A DNA stretch of 64,000 bases from Lingula anatina (lineage: Eukaryota > Animalia > Brachiopoda). The notes below the pieces were generated by a model, which saw only the letters and a list, made by a program, of their open reading frames with translations, made no database searches and was not told the DNA's origin. The position numbers and the translations under genes were made by a program. The DNA lies in NCBI GenBank assembly GCA_051362555.1, contig CM120641.1, positions 9,300,001 to 9,364,000 of the forward strand, written 5' to 3'. Every line of letters begins with the position of its first letter. Position 1 is the stretch's first letter. Below, one piece after another: positions 37,501 through 51,300 of this stretch.

Positions 37501-40500
37501 GCCCTTCTGTAGCCATCCATTACCCCCTTGCCAAATCAGAGGAAGTATTTTTACTTGTACAATCCATTTATATTTTTCTTAAGAATGTTACAGAACCACA
37601 CACCACTACTGTAGGGTACTGAACTTAAGATAAAACCTCCACTGAAAAAGAACTACTTTGGACATCCCTGCCCATGGGAACAGTATCAATATCAAAACAG
37701 ACAAGAGCAAAAAGGTTAAAATGTTTGCCAGCCAGACTGGTTGACAAGTCCCCATTGGAACTTGTTTAATTTAAAGCATATTACTAGTACATTAGAAGGC
37801 AAAGAAGCAAGAAACTTGAAGTTGACTTCACAAAACTCTTAGGTCATGTATTGAACCAAGGAAATGTATCAAGCCTTTAAAAAAAAAGCATTTAATTTTG
37901 TACAGATTGTTTTAGGTCTTCCATCATTTCAAAGCATACCCATCTCGCTATTGTCTAGCAAAACCTAGAATACTTGTTTCCTTAAATGGGATTTAGCGTG
38001 GGGAGATATTTCATTTGTTCAGATCATTCAAGTCAACAAAAATCCTTTAAATGGCCCTCAAGATCAAAACCATGTATATATTACCATAAATAGACTTCTG
38101 CCCCTTAATAAGGGAAAAATAAAAAAAATTACTTATCAAGAATGGATTTCAGTCATATCAAGTTGATTTTTATGTCTGTAAAAACCTATGTGTGTATTAC
38201 AGTCAATACCATGCAGATCAATCATAATTTGTTCATACAAATATTTCTCAGCAGTTCAGTAGCGTAGTTTGGTTATCTGAGTTCTACATAAGAGGTTTTC
38301 TATTAGTCATATTATTTTTGTTATAGCAACGTCCCCAAAAGGGCAGATGTAAATGTAGAAACAGGTCCCATCCATCACACACTATCATTGCATTGCAGAT
38401 GGATTATTGATCTAATCCAGAGTGCATTTCCCAGAGACTGTTATCTCTCAAACACAAGCCTGTGGACTGAAACACTTTAACATGGATGTAAATCTAGTCA
38501 AGGTACTGTACTGACTGCAGCTGTCCCTGTGTGAAAGAACAGTGGTTGTAACTGTAGCCTGCAATAGGAAGTTCAGCCTGATGAGAACAAATGGAACTGG
38601 CATTTCACACCACGATCTATACACCTACACTCAACACTGCTGATGTAAATCAATCTATGCACGCAGCAGCTCAGATTTTTCTGAACGTCATACTTTAAAT
38701 ACTACCAGAAACAAATCAAGCAATCAATATCTGATAATCTTATTCTACATTCTTCCCACTCCTTTTTACCTCATTCAGAGTCATATCTTAGAAAATGACA
38801 GCAGTAACTCATTTTACAACATCCTCATTTTGAATCAAGACCAGTTGGAGAATAACTTTGACATTTGAGGATGAGTTAACTTTATGAATAATATAAAGGA
38901 AATTAAAGATAAACAATTCATAACAACGTAATTGTAATGTTAAAAATATTATGCCCTACAAAATGTCCTTCACCATAATTTAGAGCAGGAGAGAGGAAAC
39001 CTAAAGACATAGTAATGACACTATAAAAATATCTCCAAGAAATCTTAAAAGTTAACTTAGCCCAAAGCTCAAACTTCCTCAGCATCTTGTTACAAAATAA
39101 GCTTTTACTGACAAACAGTATATAGGTCAATTGTGTATAAAAAATACTCCACAATTTTGTTTAAAAACCTGCAGTGGCTTATAAGAAATCTTGCAAATAA
39201 TTGCACAACAAAATTCAGTAATTTTGTTACAAACAGTACATGCTTTCTAACTGAGACAGCCTGTTCCAGTAATAAACTTACAAACCAGTGCCACATAGAA
39301 TAACAGAATAATAGCTCATACAGTTATATTTTAAGACCGACAATATTTCTCATAGATACATATGAAACCAATATGCATAAATGGTTTCAGTAAATGAAAT
39401 ATTTCTGCCTGAATAATCAAAAACTGCTCTTCACAGACCACAGCCAACAGAAATCAGCATATCAGCTTTCATTTCACAGCTGTGTGATCACTGTATCTTC
39501 TTACCTTGTGACATAGTTGCCACCAATCATGACTTGCTCTCCAGGGGCCTGGACTCGGGGACCATTGGAGTTCACCTGGCCATCTTCAGATGCTTTCCAT
39601 GTGGCATTGTAATCCCCTCCCTTCTCAAAGCTTTTAGTTCTGGAAAAGAATCATAAATGCTCATTAAGTATATATAAGTATTTCATTAAAATATTTCCAC
39701 TTTATTTCCTTATTTATTTGTTTTAACTGAAAGTCTAGAGTAAAAATTCAATTCAATGACAAAATCATTCATTCTAGGAAGCTGAAAATTTAACATGAAT
39801 GAATCTTTTATTGGTACTGTTTCCCTCAACAGTGCTCAAAAACTTGTTTACAAACTTGTCTGCACCACAACTAGTACAGGCCTGTGCCTACATTACAACT
39901 GCAGCTATAACAACCAATGGATTCTAAATAAAACAGCACATCACTGGTTCAGATAACAAGTGTACAAAATAAAATCATTATGTAAAATATATGTGAAAGT
40001 TGACACTTTGATACAGGGAAAGGAATTCTCAAACTAAAACAAGGCAGAAAAACTGGGAAATGAACACTGATTTTTGAAAATTTCAATATCACACTCCATC
40101 TGTATTTTAGCCCTTCAGATAACTACAGCAAATTTGAATGGAAAAATTGCTTTCCAGAGGTCCACTTCACTAAATAACACAGTAGTTCAACACATGTTAA
40201 AAATAACAAAACACAATAACAATAGCTCAGTCTTTTATAATTACTTTTTCCAAGGAAGCACACACAGTCCGCAGCATTTCTCCAGCCCCTCTAAATTCTG
40301 CTCTGCTTCTTTCATGTCACGGTTGATCTCATCCATACCCTCCTCAATCTTATCCAGTTGTTCTGAAAGCAGGGTTCAATGCAAATAAGAGTCTCTTTAT
40401 TCATGTACTGTGCAATATATTTTGGGTTCATAACTGCCATATAGCTCTCAAAACTTTTTAAATACACCTGATGGTCAACCAAAAAAAGGTAAATAAATGT

Positions 40501-42267
40501 ACAAGATGGCACCTGCAGTATTGTATATAATTAAACCAAAGGAATGTCTGAAAAAATGCATGATTTTATTCAATTCAAAATTTACATTTGTTTAAATTAA
40601 AATAATCCTCAAGGGATGCCTTTTCACACAAATTCAAGTGCAAAATTAACTTCAATAACAGAAGGCTTGTGTTATAACTTATTAAGAAAAAATCATTACA
40701 TTTTAAGAACAATATTTCATCACAGATTAAAAACCTCATCCAGACAAGCATTAAAACATGTTAAGTGATTATAGAAAAGAATGTCCAGTACAAATGATTA
40801 ATCAAAGGTCACGTAAAGATAAAGCATGTACAAAGCACAAGCAGGTTGAGCAAAATATCCAAACAAAACAACCACATTTATATTTATATAATGCAACAGA
40901 AATAAAACTTTTTTATTAGCTTGCAAAATTTATCTTTCATGAATCTTTTATACTTTGACAACATCTGCATGAACAGCTTGGTAAAACCTTTGTTAGAATA
41001 TAACAAACTTTTTAGACAAAACTGACATTAGAATCAACTGGTAAAGTAAACCAGTTGTTGGTAAGCAATAAACAGATAAAAATAAAACTGGGAAATAGAA
41101 TTTTTTGACACTCAGAATAATTCTTAATATTTTGTAATTTAATCTGTTCCATGACAGCTTTGTTTGACTATTGGCAAACAGGTAGTTCAAATTCTTTCAA
41201 AAATCTTAAAGTCTCAACCCACCTTACGTGTTTGATTTCAGAAAATAGCTTTCAAACCCCCATAACTTGTTTTAATGAGTAAATATTAAGAAATACTTTT
41301 TTTCAGCTCAGGTGTCTTCTCAACAATGTTATATAACTCAAATACATGTTTTAACAGTGTTAGGGTGTCAGTAGCCTCTTTGCCCCTGAACTTACCCCCC
41401 TGACCATCCATAGAAACCAAACCAATGAGTGCAGCATCTTGTGCCTAAGAGTTATAGAAACACCAACAACTCTGCTGATTCCTGCTTTATATAATTTGGT
41501 CTTCCAGAGACTACAAGCACTGGACATTATATCCCCAATACAAGCCTGAACTACAGTATTCAGTAAGTGGGAGGTGGGTGAAAGGTACTCATTTCTTGCA
41601 CTTTGGACATCATTACTTTGTAATCATAATCTAACAAATTTCATGTTGAAGAACAAATCATAATTTTTATGAAATTGTTCAACCATACTCAGGGAATTCT
41701 CATGCACTGCAACCATCTACCTGACTATGCATAAATTGCAGAATATGAAGGATAAAAAGTGAAAAAAAATGGGGGGAGAATAATGAGATGAGCATGCAAT
41801 TAGGAACTCAATTTATGTATCACTTACTAATAGGTAAGTGAGTATTTTGCAGAGTATGTGCCTTTAAACCATTTAGTATATAATTGCAATTTTGGAGCAG
41901 GGGTATTAAAATCAATGTTTTAGTGGTTTCACATGATAGAAGCACAGGCCACAAACAGAATAAGAAGATTAAAGACAACAAAACTGAGTCCGATATGTAT
42001 GGTCTTGTGACAAACCCTACAAATAATTTTGAAGTGTGGCATATAATAATATAATGCTAATGTAGTCATAACTAGACAAATACCATGACAGAAACATATA
42101 TGTGCTTTTTTCAATAATTACTTGTCACCATAATCTAATTGTATTTGAATAAAAAAGCATTCCAGGATGTTTGACAACAAAAATTAATCTTGGAGACTAA
42201 AAAGATATGATCTTTAGTAATAAGATAAACTAGACATATTTACAGACACCAAATGTGTTTCTAAATC

Positions 42268-42321
<54 letters not shown>

Positions 42322-45300
42322 AAAAGGGGTTATTTAATTATATTAATTAAGGCTGCTTGTATTGATACATGGCATCAAGTATACATGATGCTTCTAAGGT
42401 ATTTTGTAAAAATAATAAAACTGAATCAAAAATAATTAAAAAGAACAGTATAACCATCATTTAAGACTTAAAGAAGAGAGATGGTATGACAAGATAGAGA
42501 GACAGACAGCAACATAGCCAAATATCCAGGCACACTGTGTCTGTATATATGAATAAGAAGTGCAAGCCGCTGTGAATAACCTGGTGGAAAGGTGCTTTGG
42601 GTCTTCTTCAGTGTGGTGTACTTTAGTCAGACTTAAGAAATGTGTACAAGCTCCATTCGAACCATTGCCCATACCAGAAGGAAATACCAATGTGCTACCA
42701 GTGCCGTGCCGACAGTAATGCAATATATAATTACATAGATAAATAGATATACAGAGTTAGTATTGGTGCAAACATCTTACCGCCCTGTTCATCCAGCATT
42801 ACCAGTGTTTTAATACCCACATCTTGGCTCTGGTAGTAAACACAAACAATCAGAAAGTGTAGAAATACTGTGTTCAAATAAAGTTTGTTAGAGAAATAAT
42901 ATAATATATCTATTAAAATACACATGCTCACATAAACAAACAATACAAAAACAAAAGGGTTGGAGAAGGTATTTGGTGATTTTCTCAAACTTAACCTCTG
43001 CTCAAAATGTCACTATTATGTTTTTAAAGCCCCCCACCCACCCACTCCCTTTAATTTTCATAAAATCAATTTTCTGATCAGCAAATACCTTCTTTGGTCT
43101 AGAAACTACAGGCGCTAGCTAATCTATTAACATTCAGGTGCGCAGGTCACATCTATGGCTGGTGGGTCCTGGACGGATGATCAGTCTTACCTCCCTGCTC
43201 GTCCAGCATAACAAGTGTTCGAATACCAGCATCCTTACTCTGTCACCCAACCGCAGCAGGGAAAAATACAAGCACACTTTTTAGTACTGTACACATACGT
43301 GTCGAACAAAAACAAAAAAAAATGTACAAAACATCCCTAGTGACAAGGAGAATATCAGCCCACAGGAACTATGTTGCTAACATCAGCCATGCAATTCACT
43401 TTTAAATATTTCCTGATGTACTCAAAAAAATTATATGAAAGTGCAGTTTGGTGGATGCCGCACCCTCATAAGTACCCAAAGATGATATAAAACTACAAAG
43501 GGCACCAAAAGATGTCGTGGTACTCATCAAATATCCCTAAGACAATATTTTCAATGTTTCTAAATTATAAGATTATTAGGGTAATCTGTCAAAATTTGCA
43601 AAAATACCTTATTTTCATGTATTTTCTTCAAAGTGTCACTTTCAAAACATCTTCATTAAAAAGAGATACATAACATAACAGTATTCAGATAAAAACAAAA
43701 TACTAATTTGTTTTTTGAGATTCCAAATAAAAAGCAAAGTAAAGAAAACTAAAACTACCCTCTCATGCTTGAAGTTTGATGACATTCATGAAAACTGCTG
43801 CATTGAATTTTGGTTTGAAAGATAGCAAAATTTATAAGACTCCATTATTCTGACTATAACTTTAGTTTGAAGTGTCCAAAATTTCTGCTGTGACATACCT
43901 CCTCACATAGTGACAGCATCCGCCGTGTACTTTCCAAGGACTGAAAAGATACAAAAGTAAGATAATAAGTATTTGTAGTTCTTCGTGAAAAATGAAGGGC
44001 ACACCCCCCTCCCCCCCCCCCCCCTATTCATACTTATCTATCTCCTATCCCTCTCCACCTTTGTGCCACATATTGTCAAGACCCAAATTGGTTAAATCCT
44101 CCATCACTGTTCTCATCTTTCATCAACAGATCCATTAACCAAATTTACCTAATTTCAACAAAATCACAGAATACAAATAATACTTGACAGAGTAAGCATC
44201 TTCATAATAGTGGTAAAAACAATAAATTCTAAATTTAACTATGTAATTATCATGTCCTTACGCCTACTGACACCCTCACAAAAATATGTCAACATTCCTT
44301 TATTACAATCAATACCGTCTTTCTTACATTACTAACACCAATTATAGTATTCTCCAGCCTGGTGTGAGTTCCGCATTTACGTAATACTTAGTGCTTAATG
44401 CTATAAAATCATCCTAATATTTTAATGGATTAGCAATCAATTGAAAGTAGCAAATAGAGGCATTGTAATAATAACAATGTCTCCTCACGGTGGTTTGCAC
44501 TGAATCTATTGTATCTTTGTATGCAGTTAGCAGCCTTGTGAATTATTTGAACCTGCTTGAAAGCAGTATCTTCTATGATATTTTACTGCATGTAATAAGT
44601 AAATCAATTACATATATAGTTAAAACAATGTTCTGATATGAATATTTGCTTTGTGCACAACCGAGGCAATCAAAATCAACATGTTAAAAACGTTCATTCT
44701 ATAGCTATGGGCTTTTCTATTCCAGAATACAATTGATTTGACTGAATTGTTCTGAATTTCCTGTGTAAAAAAAAAATGAAAAATAATTTTAAAAAAAGAC
44801 AGAATCAGTTAAACTTAAAAGTTGCACAGCATTCCATTTATGGCTACACATGCAACATTTCATTTCGACTTTACAGTATTCAATTCCTGAGTAGCTCTGA
44901 AAAGGACCTGGTCTGCAAGTTACTGCCAAATATTGATTGTAAGGCAGTTACAGATCAATAGAAATAGAATTAGATTCTTTCTTGTGTACCCCTAAGCTGT
45001 AAGCATGACAATAATGGGGTTTACAGAATTCCAAGCAGAACACATTCAATGTAATAACTATGAGCAGTATTGATCAATCTTGGTGTCAGTTACAGCTAAG
45101 CTACTTTAGTCTAGTGGAAAAGACATCTTCTATCTGTAATGAAGAGATACAGTTAAGGTTTTGGAAAACAACTGGGTAATATGATAATGCCTATAAACTT
45201 CATCGGATGTTTGTTTTTGTACAACTTTTATGAAAGACAGCAGTCTAGAAACTTTGCATTTTCCACTTGCATGATTCAGAATTGCAAAAAATGAATCATC

Positions 45301-48300
45301 TTGTATTTCCAAATTAACTGAATTTTCTTAACCCATGGCATAATAAATATTTCCCAATGCATGCATTTTGAACCACATTTTTAAGCATTAATGATTATAA
45401 CCATGCCTTTTTCTAATTTTGAACTTGGTAATATTTCTGACTCTATATTATTGTTGGCCTGCTGCAACCAAATCAATGTTACACTTAACTCTCTGGAGGT
45501 AAAAAAAGAGACTGGGGCAGTTTGCTATTGAATCAATTAAAGGAAAACACATAGCAGACGCGATAAAAATAAATACTAATAGGTGTACTAATGAGAAAAG
45601 CAGACAGCATTGCTACAAGCTGACCAAAAGCTATAACACAAATGCAAGTTCGCGATAAACTTGTATCACAAATGGGGAAAATATTCCCCAGAGTCATTAA
45701 AACTCCTGTGACAACCAACCCTGCAATATGCCATAGGTTCCTGATGTTTACAATTAACAGAAGTACACATTGGTGAAATCCTAACTTAGACAGGGTTTAA
45801 AGTAGAGTGATTATTTATTTGCATGAATGGGTGCCACGCATGACTTCATCATTTTTATTGCACCAGGAAAACTGGCTCTTCTACTTTCACTATCAATGCA
45901 CATTTAGAGATTCCATAGCAACGGAGGTAAATGTGGCTTGCTCAGTCTTATAATAAGAGTAGGAGAGATGATAACATTAAAAAAATTATAGAAAAATTAT
46001 ACCTTGCTTTAAAATCCAATGCTAGTTTGTTATAAATACTAATACCTCTATTTTCATGACAGTTTCACTCCATAATGTTTTTTTTTTTTTTTTTTTTTTT
46101 TTACTTAGGCACCATTTAACAGTATCTGAAAATTCTTTCTGAAATCACAAGAGACCAGACATCATTGCTCCTTATATCTAAAAGTGATGAATAGAACTAC
46201 ATGTATGCCAGTGCTGCAAAGGCCAAGTTATGGAGGAAAAGTATCATTCATGACCTACATTTTAAAAATAACCCAACAATATTTAGCAAAAAAAAAAAAA
46301 AAATCTCAGTAGGTACCAAAAGGCTTCAATGACCACATCAGCATGATTCTATTTTTGTAATCCAATATATAAAGTAATAATCTGTGAAGCATTAGTAATT
46401 GCTTATTTTCTGTAAGTAGCATAGTTTTCTCATTCAAATGTACTTTTCCATCTTGAAGTTAAGACAAACTTCTCATCAGAATTTCTTTTGTGAAAGCATC
46501 CCCTGGTGCCTGTTCAAGTACCCAGCATTGAACAATTGCAGCCAGTAAAGATATTCTTCAGCTTTCAAGAACAAACAGAGGGTATTCATGGCCATAGGTT
46601 TTAGTTCAAGAAAATTAGGAACAACAAGAATATGTGGTCATGTTTACCTATATATAAATTTTCCACCTCTGCTGACTTTTGGTACAACTGTTTCAACCCA
46701 TGTGTCTAGCTCTTGTCTAACATAGCCTCAGTTAACTACTACCTGTTTGCTAGCAAATCTCTTTCCTCTGAACTCAGAAAAAAAATCAGTAAAAGTTGTC
46801 TCACACAGACCATGATTTTTATCATAACAAATAATAAATTTCAGACCAACAGGAAAAAACTTTAATTTTCATGTAACATTCTTCATTTTCTAGTCAAAAG
46901 TAAAATGAAATGGCCAAATTATTAAAATTTCATAAAGCACAAAATAATGATGATATAAATAAACCACTGTGCCCACATCAATCCAATAATTAATTATGAA
47001 TCAATCTAGGACTTGAAGTTGAAATATGGAGTTGGCTGTCAGGATTTCTGGTAACATTCCACTGGTCACTATTGACAAATCATTTCCAAATGTTTTTGTT
47101 TTTCTATCGTTGGTGTTCTGATTGAGTTAAATACAATGCACTGAAGTGGTGAAGGGTTGACATTATTTCTCTCATATTATTACAGTTATTTATATCAGCA
47201 TTTGTTTTACTGCTAACCATTATTATTATTGTTGTTGTTGTCGATGTCGTTTTGCTTTTCTGTCATTCATTTAATGAAACTACTAGTTTCTAATGGCCAC
47301 CGAGGACAGCCTGTGCTCACTCCACATCTAGTAATTTCTCTCTGGTTCATTTTTGTCAACAAGTATTGATCAGTGGTCTATGTAAAATAATTCTCTCCAT
47401 ATATATCAGTTCCAACAGAGGTTGCCCTCATGGGAATGTGTGATATCAGAGAAATAAATCAACCCAGATTTGATAAAACTACAGGTCACTTTTACTATAT
47501 AAACATATCCCAGATAATTTCCATGCTGGTGTATGCTGAACCAATGATACTAGTTGTGTTGTTCCTTTAAATTATGAAAGCATACATAATAGGTAACATC
47601 ACATTCCAGCATTTTGAAGACATTTTAAAGTTGAATAATATATGTTCAACTTCTGTTTCTCTTTACTCAATCATAACTTTTTAAAATTGATATATAGTTT
47701 TTACTGCTACTGGGCAATAGACTGATATTGAGTTGTTTAACTATTCCTAGCCATCAATACCATTCAATCATAATCAAGCAGCAGTTCATACTGGCATATA
47801 TGACAGCTCACAGACAAAAGAGAGCCATAAAAAAGCAGTTCTACAAGTAAAAACAGATGATACCACTAAATGTAAGAAGAATGACCATGATAATTCACTT
47901 AAGTGGTTCAGTCCATAATAGTTGGGCTGTGTATATTGATCGTCCTCTACTGATTAGAAATGAAATTATTGGTTTTCTTTATTATATTGAGTTGTTCCAT
48001 TTCTAACAATTTTAGACAAGTCTACTACCATATCTTTCAAATCTTTATAACTCAGAGACAGTTACAAAATTGAAAATTTGAAGCTTAACCAATATCGATT
48101 GATTTAATTAAATATTATATTTCTTTAATTAAAATAATAATAATGACCAATAACATAATAATACGTCTAACTTGTATAATATCTAAATAGTGTTTCAAAC
48201 GCGTTGCAAATTATCTAATATCAAACATCATCTTAATAGTTTTAAACAAAAATCAAAAGGAAATAAAAAGTACCTCATTTGTTGCATCATCTATTTGTTT

Positions 48301-51300
48301 CATAAGAACCTCTCCTTCAGATGCCTCTGGATCCAATGGTTCTCCCTCTGGCCCCCCTTTAGCCTTCTCCTCCTCTTCATTACCCCCTCCTATACCAAAC
48401 ATGGTGCTGGTCTCTATTCAAGGCAGCTAGGTGGAGGGTGGTGTAATTGACTCCTACCCAACCTATGTCCTCACAACTTAATGACTTGGTACAACGGTAA
48501 GCTACAACTTCAATCAATTTTTCATGAAATGAGTTTGTGTACAATGTTAATGATCACTAGTCACTGAATTGAATTTTCATGTCGTTGGAGAATAGTAGCA
48601 CCAAGTGACTGATTTCAGCTTTGGTAAATCCTTGCAAGATTGCTAAAAAGTTTCCAGTTCTACTTGGCGTATTCCTCCTTTAATGTAAATAGTGTCCATG
48701 TGTCAACTCTCCATTACTGACTCCCTGCCCCAACAAATCAGCAAAAACACTTGTGCTGCTGAATAGATGAATGGAGTAGCATGTAGTGCATGATCAGCCT
48801 CTTCATACTTTAGAGCTCAATTCTTGCATTAATTATTCACTGAAACAACAGCTCCTATAGTAAATCAATAATTGATTTCCCCAATGCTTCTGAATAGCCC
48901 TACAGGCCCCACATGGTATCTGCACCAGCACCGTTCAATACAAAGCTGCCCTGCTGTTAAAATCAACACAAATGTGCCCCAATAATGAAGTGTTTGATCT
49001 CACTGCTCTCTCTCACTATGATCACTGGTTCATTGGAAAAAAGACACATCCCTCAGTGGTACATCAAGACTACATGTATTACTATCATCCAAAGGGACAA
49101 TGCTATCACTGTGGTCTGGCCTGGAACAGCCCTTTCAGTGAGAAACTTTTCAATGAACTGCTTTCCATTTAGCACTTACACCACTCTCACACCAGGAGAC
49201 ACTCCAACAGGAATAAAAGAAAGTCAATAATTGGGTTATTGGCATGCATGTTCCACCAGAACTTCAAACAATATGTCCCAAGAGCTTGGAACTCGAAAGA
49301 GTGTACATACTGTTGTTGATTATTGATTGTGATGTCTGAAGGGATAGCACTCCAGTTTTCAGTGACACACATTGACTGCCTGCATTAACCATCAGCTATG
49401 ACAAATGAGGACTGATGGGCTTCAAGGTATAGTAAACTAATGAGTTTATATTTGAAAAAATGACTGATAAGAGTAGCAAATAAGGACATAGTCCTTAAAG
49501 TATATTTCCCCCAATGAGAAAAAATATATATATATTCAATGATTTTTCTTGTTAATAAATAAGCATTTTTGAAGGCATCAAATATCAACCAAGCACTGCA
49601 GTTTTTTTCAAAGAGACCTATTGCGATAAATCCATTGTTATTTTTTCCTAATTGGCACCAGCCTTTTATACTGGAACTAAGATATCTAACAACAGGGTGT
49701 CTGTTAGTGTTTGTGTGTGTGATTTAATAACATGTATTCCAACTCAAACTATTCATTTGCAGGTGTTCTTTGCCAAAATCAATATAACATATTTAGAAAC
49801 TGTGCTTCTGGATGTCACTTGGCACTCCAAAGAATTGAGCTGAAACAAGCAATAGCAAAAACTGACTGCACAGATGACTGGCTTCTGTTTTCAGTGGAAA
49901 AAATGAATTACAGTTCACTTAAATAATTAAAGCCACTTTATTTGCCCCAACCTCAGTGAAGCCCCATGTTACCAGATTTAGTGTCTAATTTTAAGTCTAC
50001 AGTGGCCCCCATTATCTGCTTAATCCAAACATTTTCATGTTAAAACAACTAATCATTCTCCATTACCAAGGCAGAGGCGATACAGTTAATTAACTCCTCG
50101 ATTCTCTTAAAATTTGCTACATTTACAGTAACATTCACCAGTAATGTGGCACTGCAATAAACTGGTTTTAATCTTTTAACGTAAGATCATTTTAGAAAGC
50201 AAACACATAATAAGGTGTGACTGATTTATTCTTTTCTGTACTATTTAAACAGGGCAAGTTGGATTCTAAGACCCCGTTCCCATACCTAGATTGATCAAGC
50301 AGGATGGACCCTTCTCCAAGGGGTTTCTTGCTAATACCCCCGTCACACTAGAGGTGGAATGAGCACGAATGCTGTCGGAAAGACAATTCTTTGTGCGTTC
50401 CTGGATATTCGAAGAGCATTCTAACAATTCCATGTGCATTCCAAATATTTTTCCCCATTCTTGTGGCCAGCCCAAATGTTTTGCTCATTTAAAAACTTTC
50501 GAAGTGCATTCCAAGTGGAAAACTATCGAATGGCATTTGAATAGTATTATAACTGCACTATGACTGCATTCTAAATATTCGCATATTCCGACAGCATTCG
50601 AAACATTCTGATCACATTCGAGGGAGAACCGAAATGGCAAGACACTTCAAATCCTGCTAGAAAGAGCCGAAATGCACCTCGAATGCATTTCGGTCCTACT
50701 TCAACCAGCAATCGAACTACACTCGTACGGCATTCGAAGTGTATTCTAAATATTCTGAATGCATTGTGACAGCATTATTGATATTCCTAGTTTTCCAACT
50801 ACATTCGAGCTGCATTTGAGAACTTATACAGCCTAAATGTGCACGAATAATTCCAGGCGGATTGAAGCACATTCTGAGTATTCCAACGGCATTCTTACTG
50901 TACAAGAATTTAGGTCAATTTGAAATTTCTTCCCGAATGTAGTACGAATTTTTTAATTTAGTCATTCCAGCTGGTTCTGCTCAATTCCTGCTGATTCCGA
51001 ATAAGTGTGACGGGGGCTTAAATTGCATTTAGCTTAAACAGCTCTGATGTCTGGCACACCTACTGAAGCTCCTAAGGGGTAATTTAGCAGCTTTAGTAGG
51101 CGTGCCAGACATCCAAGCGACTTAAACTGAATGCTATTTAGCAAGAAACCCCTTGGAGATGGGTCGATCCTGCTAGATTGATCTAGGTATGGAATGGGGC
51201 CTAAATTCCACCATAAATGGGTGAAATGGTTTTGAAGATACTTTTATTGGTCTCAAGTTAATTTCAAAAGGTTGTCTCTCTCTGTGTGCATACAAAGCAG

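Noticed and set aside
42500-43190. Docking/selector RNA pairing controlling the a/b exons
   Set aside because: Only 6-7 nt complementary matches were found by eye, no better than chance.
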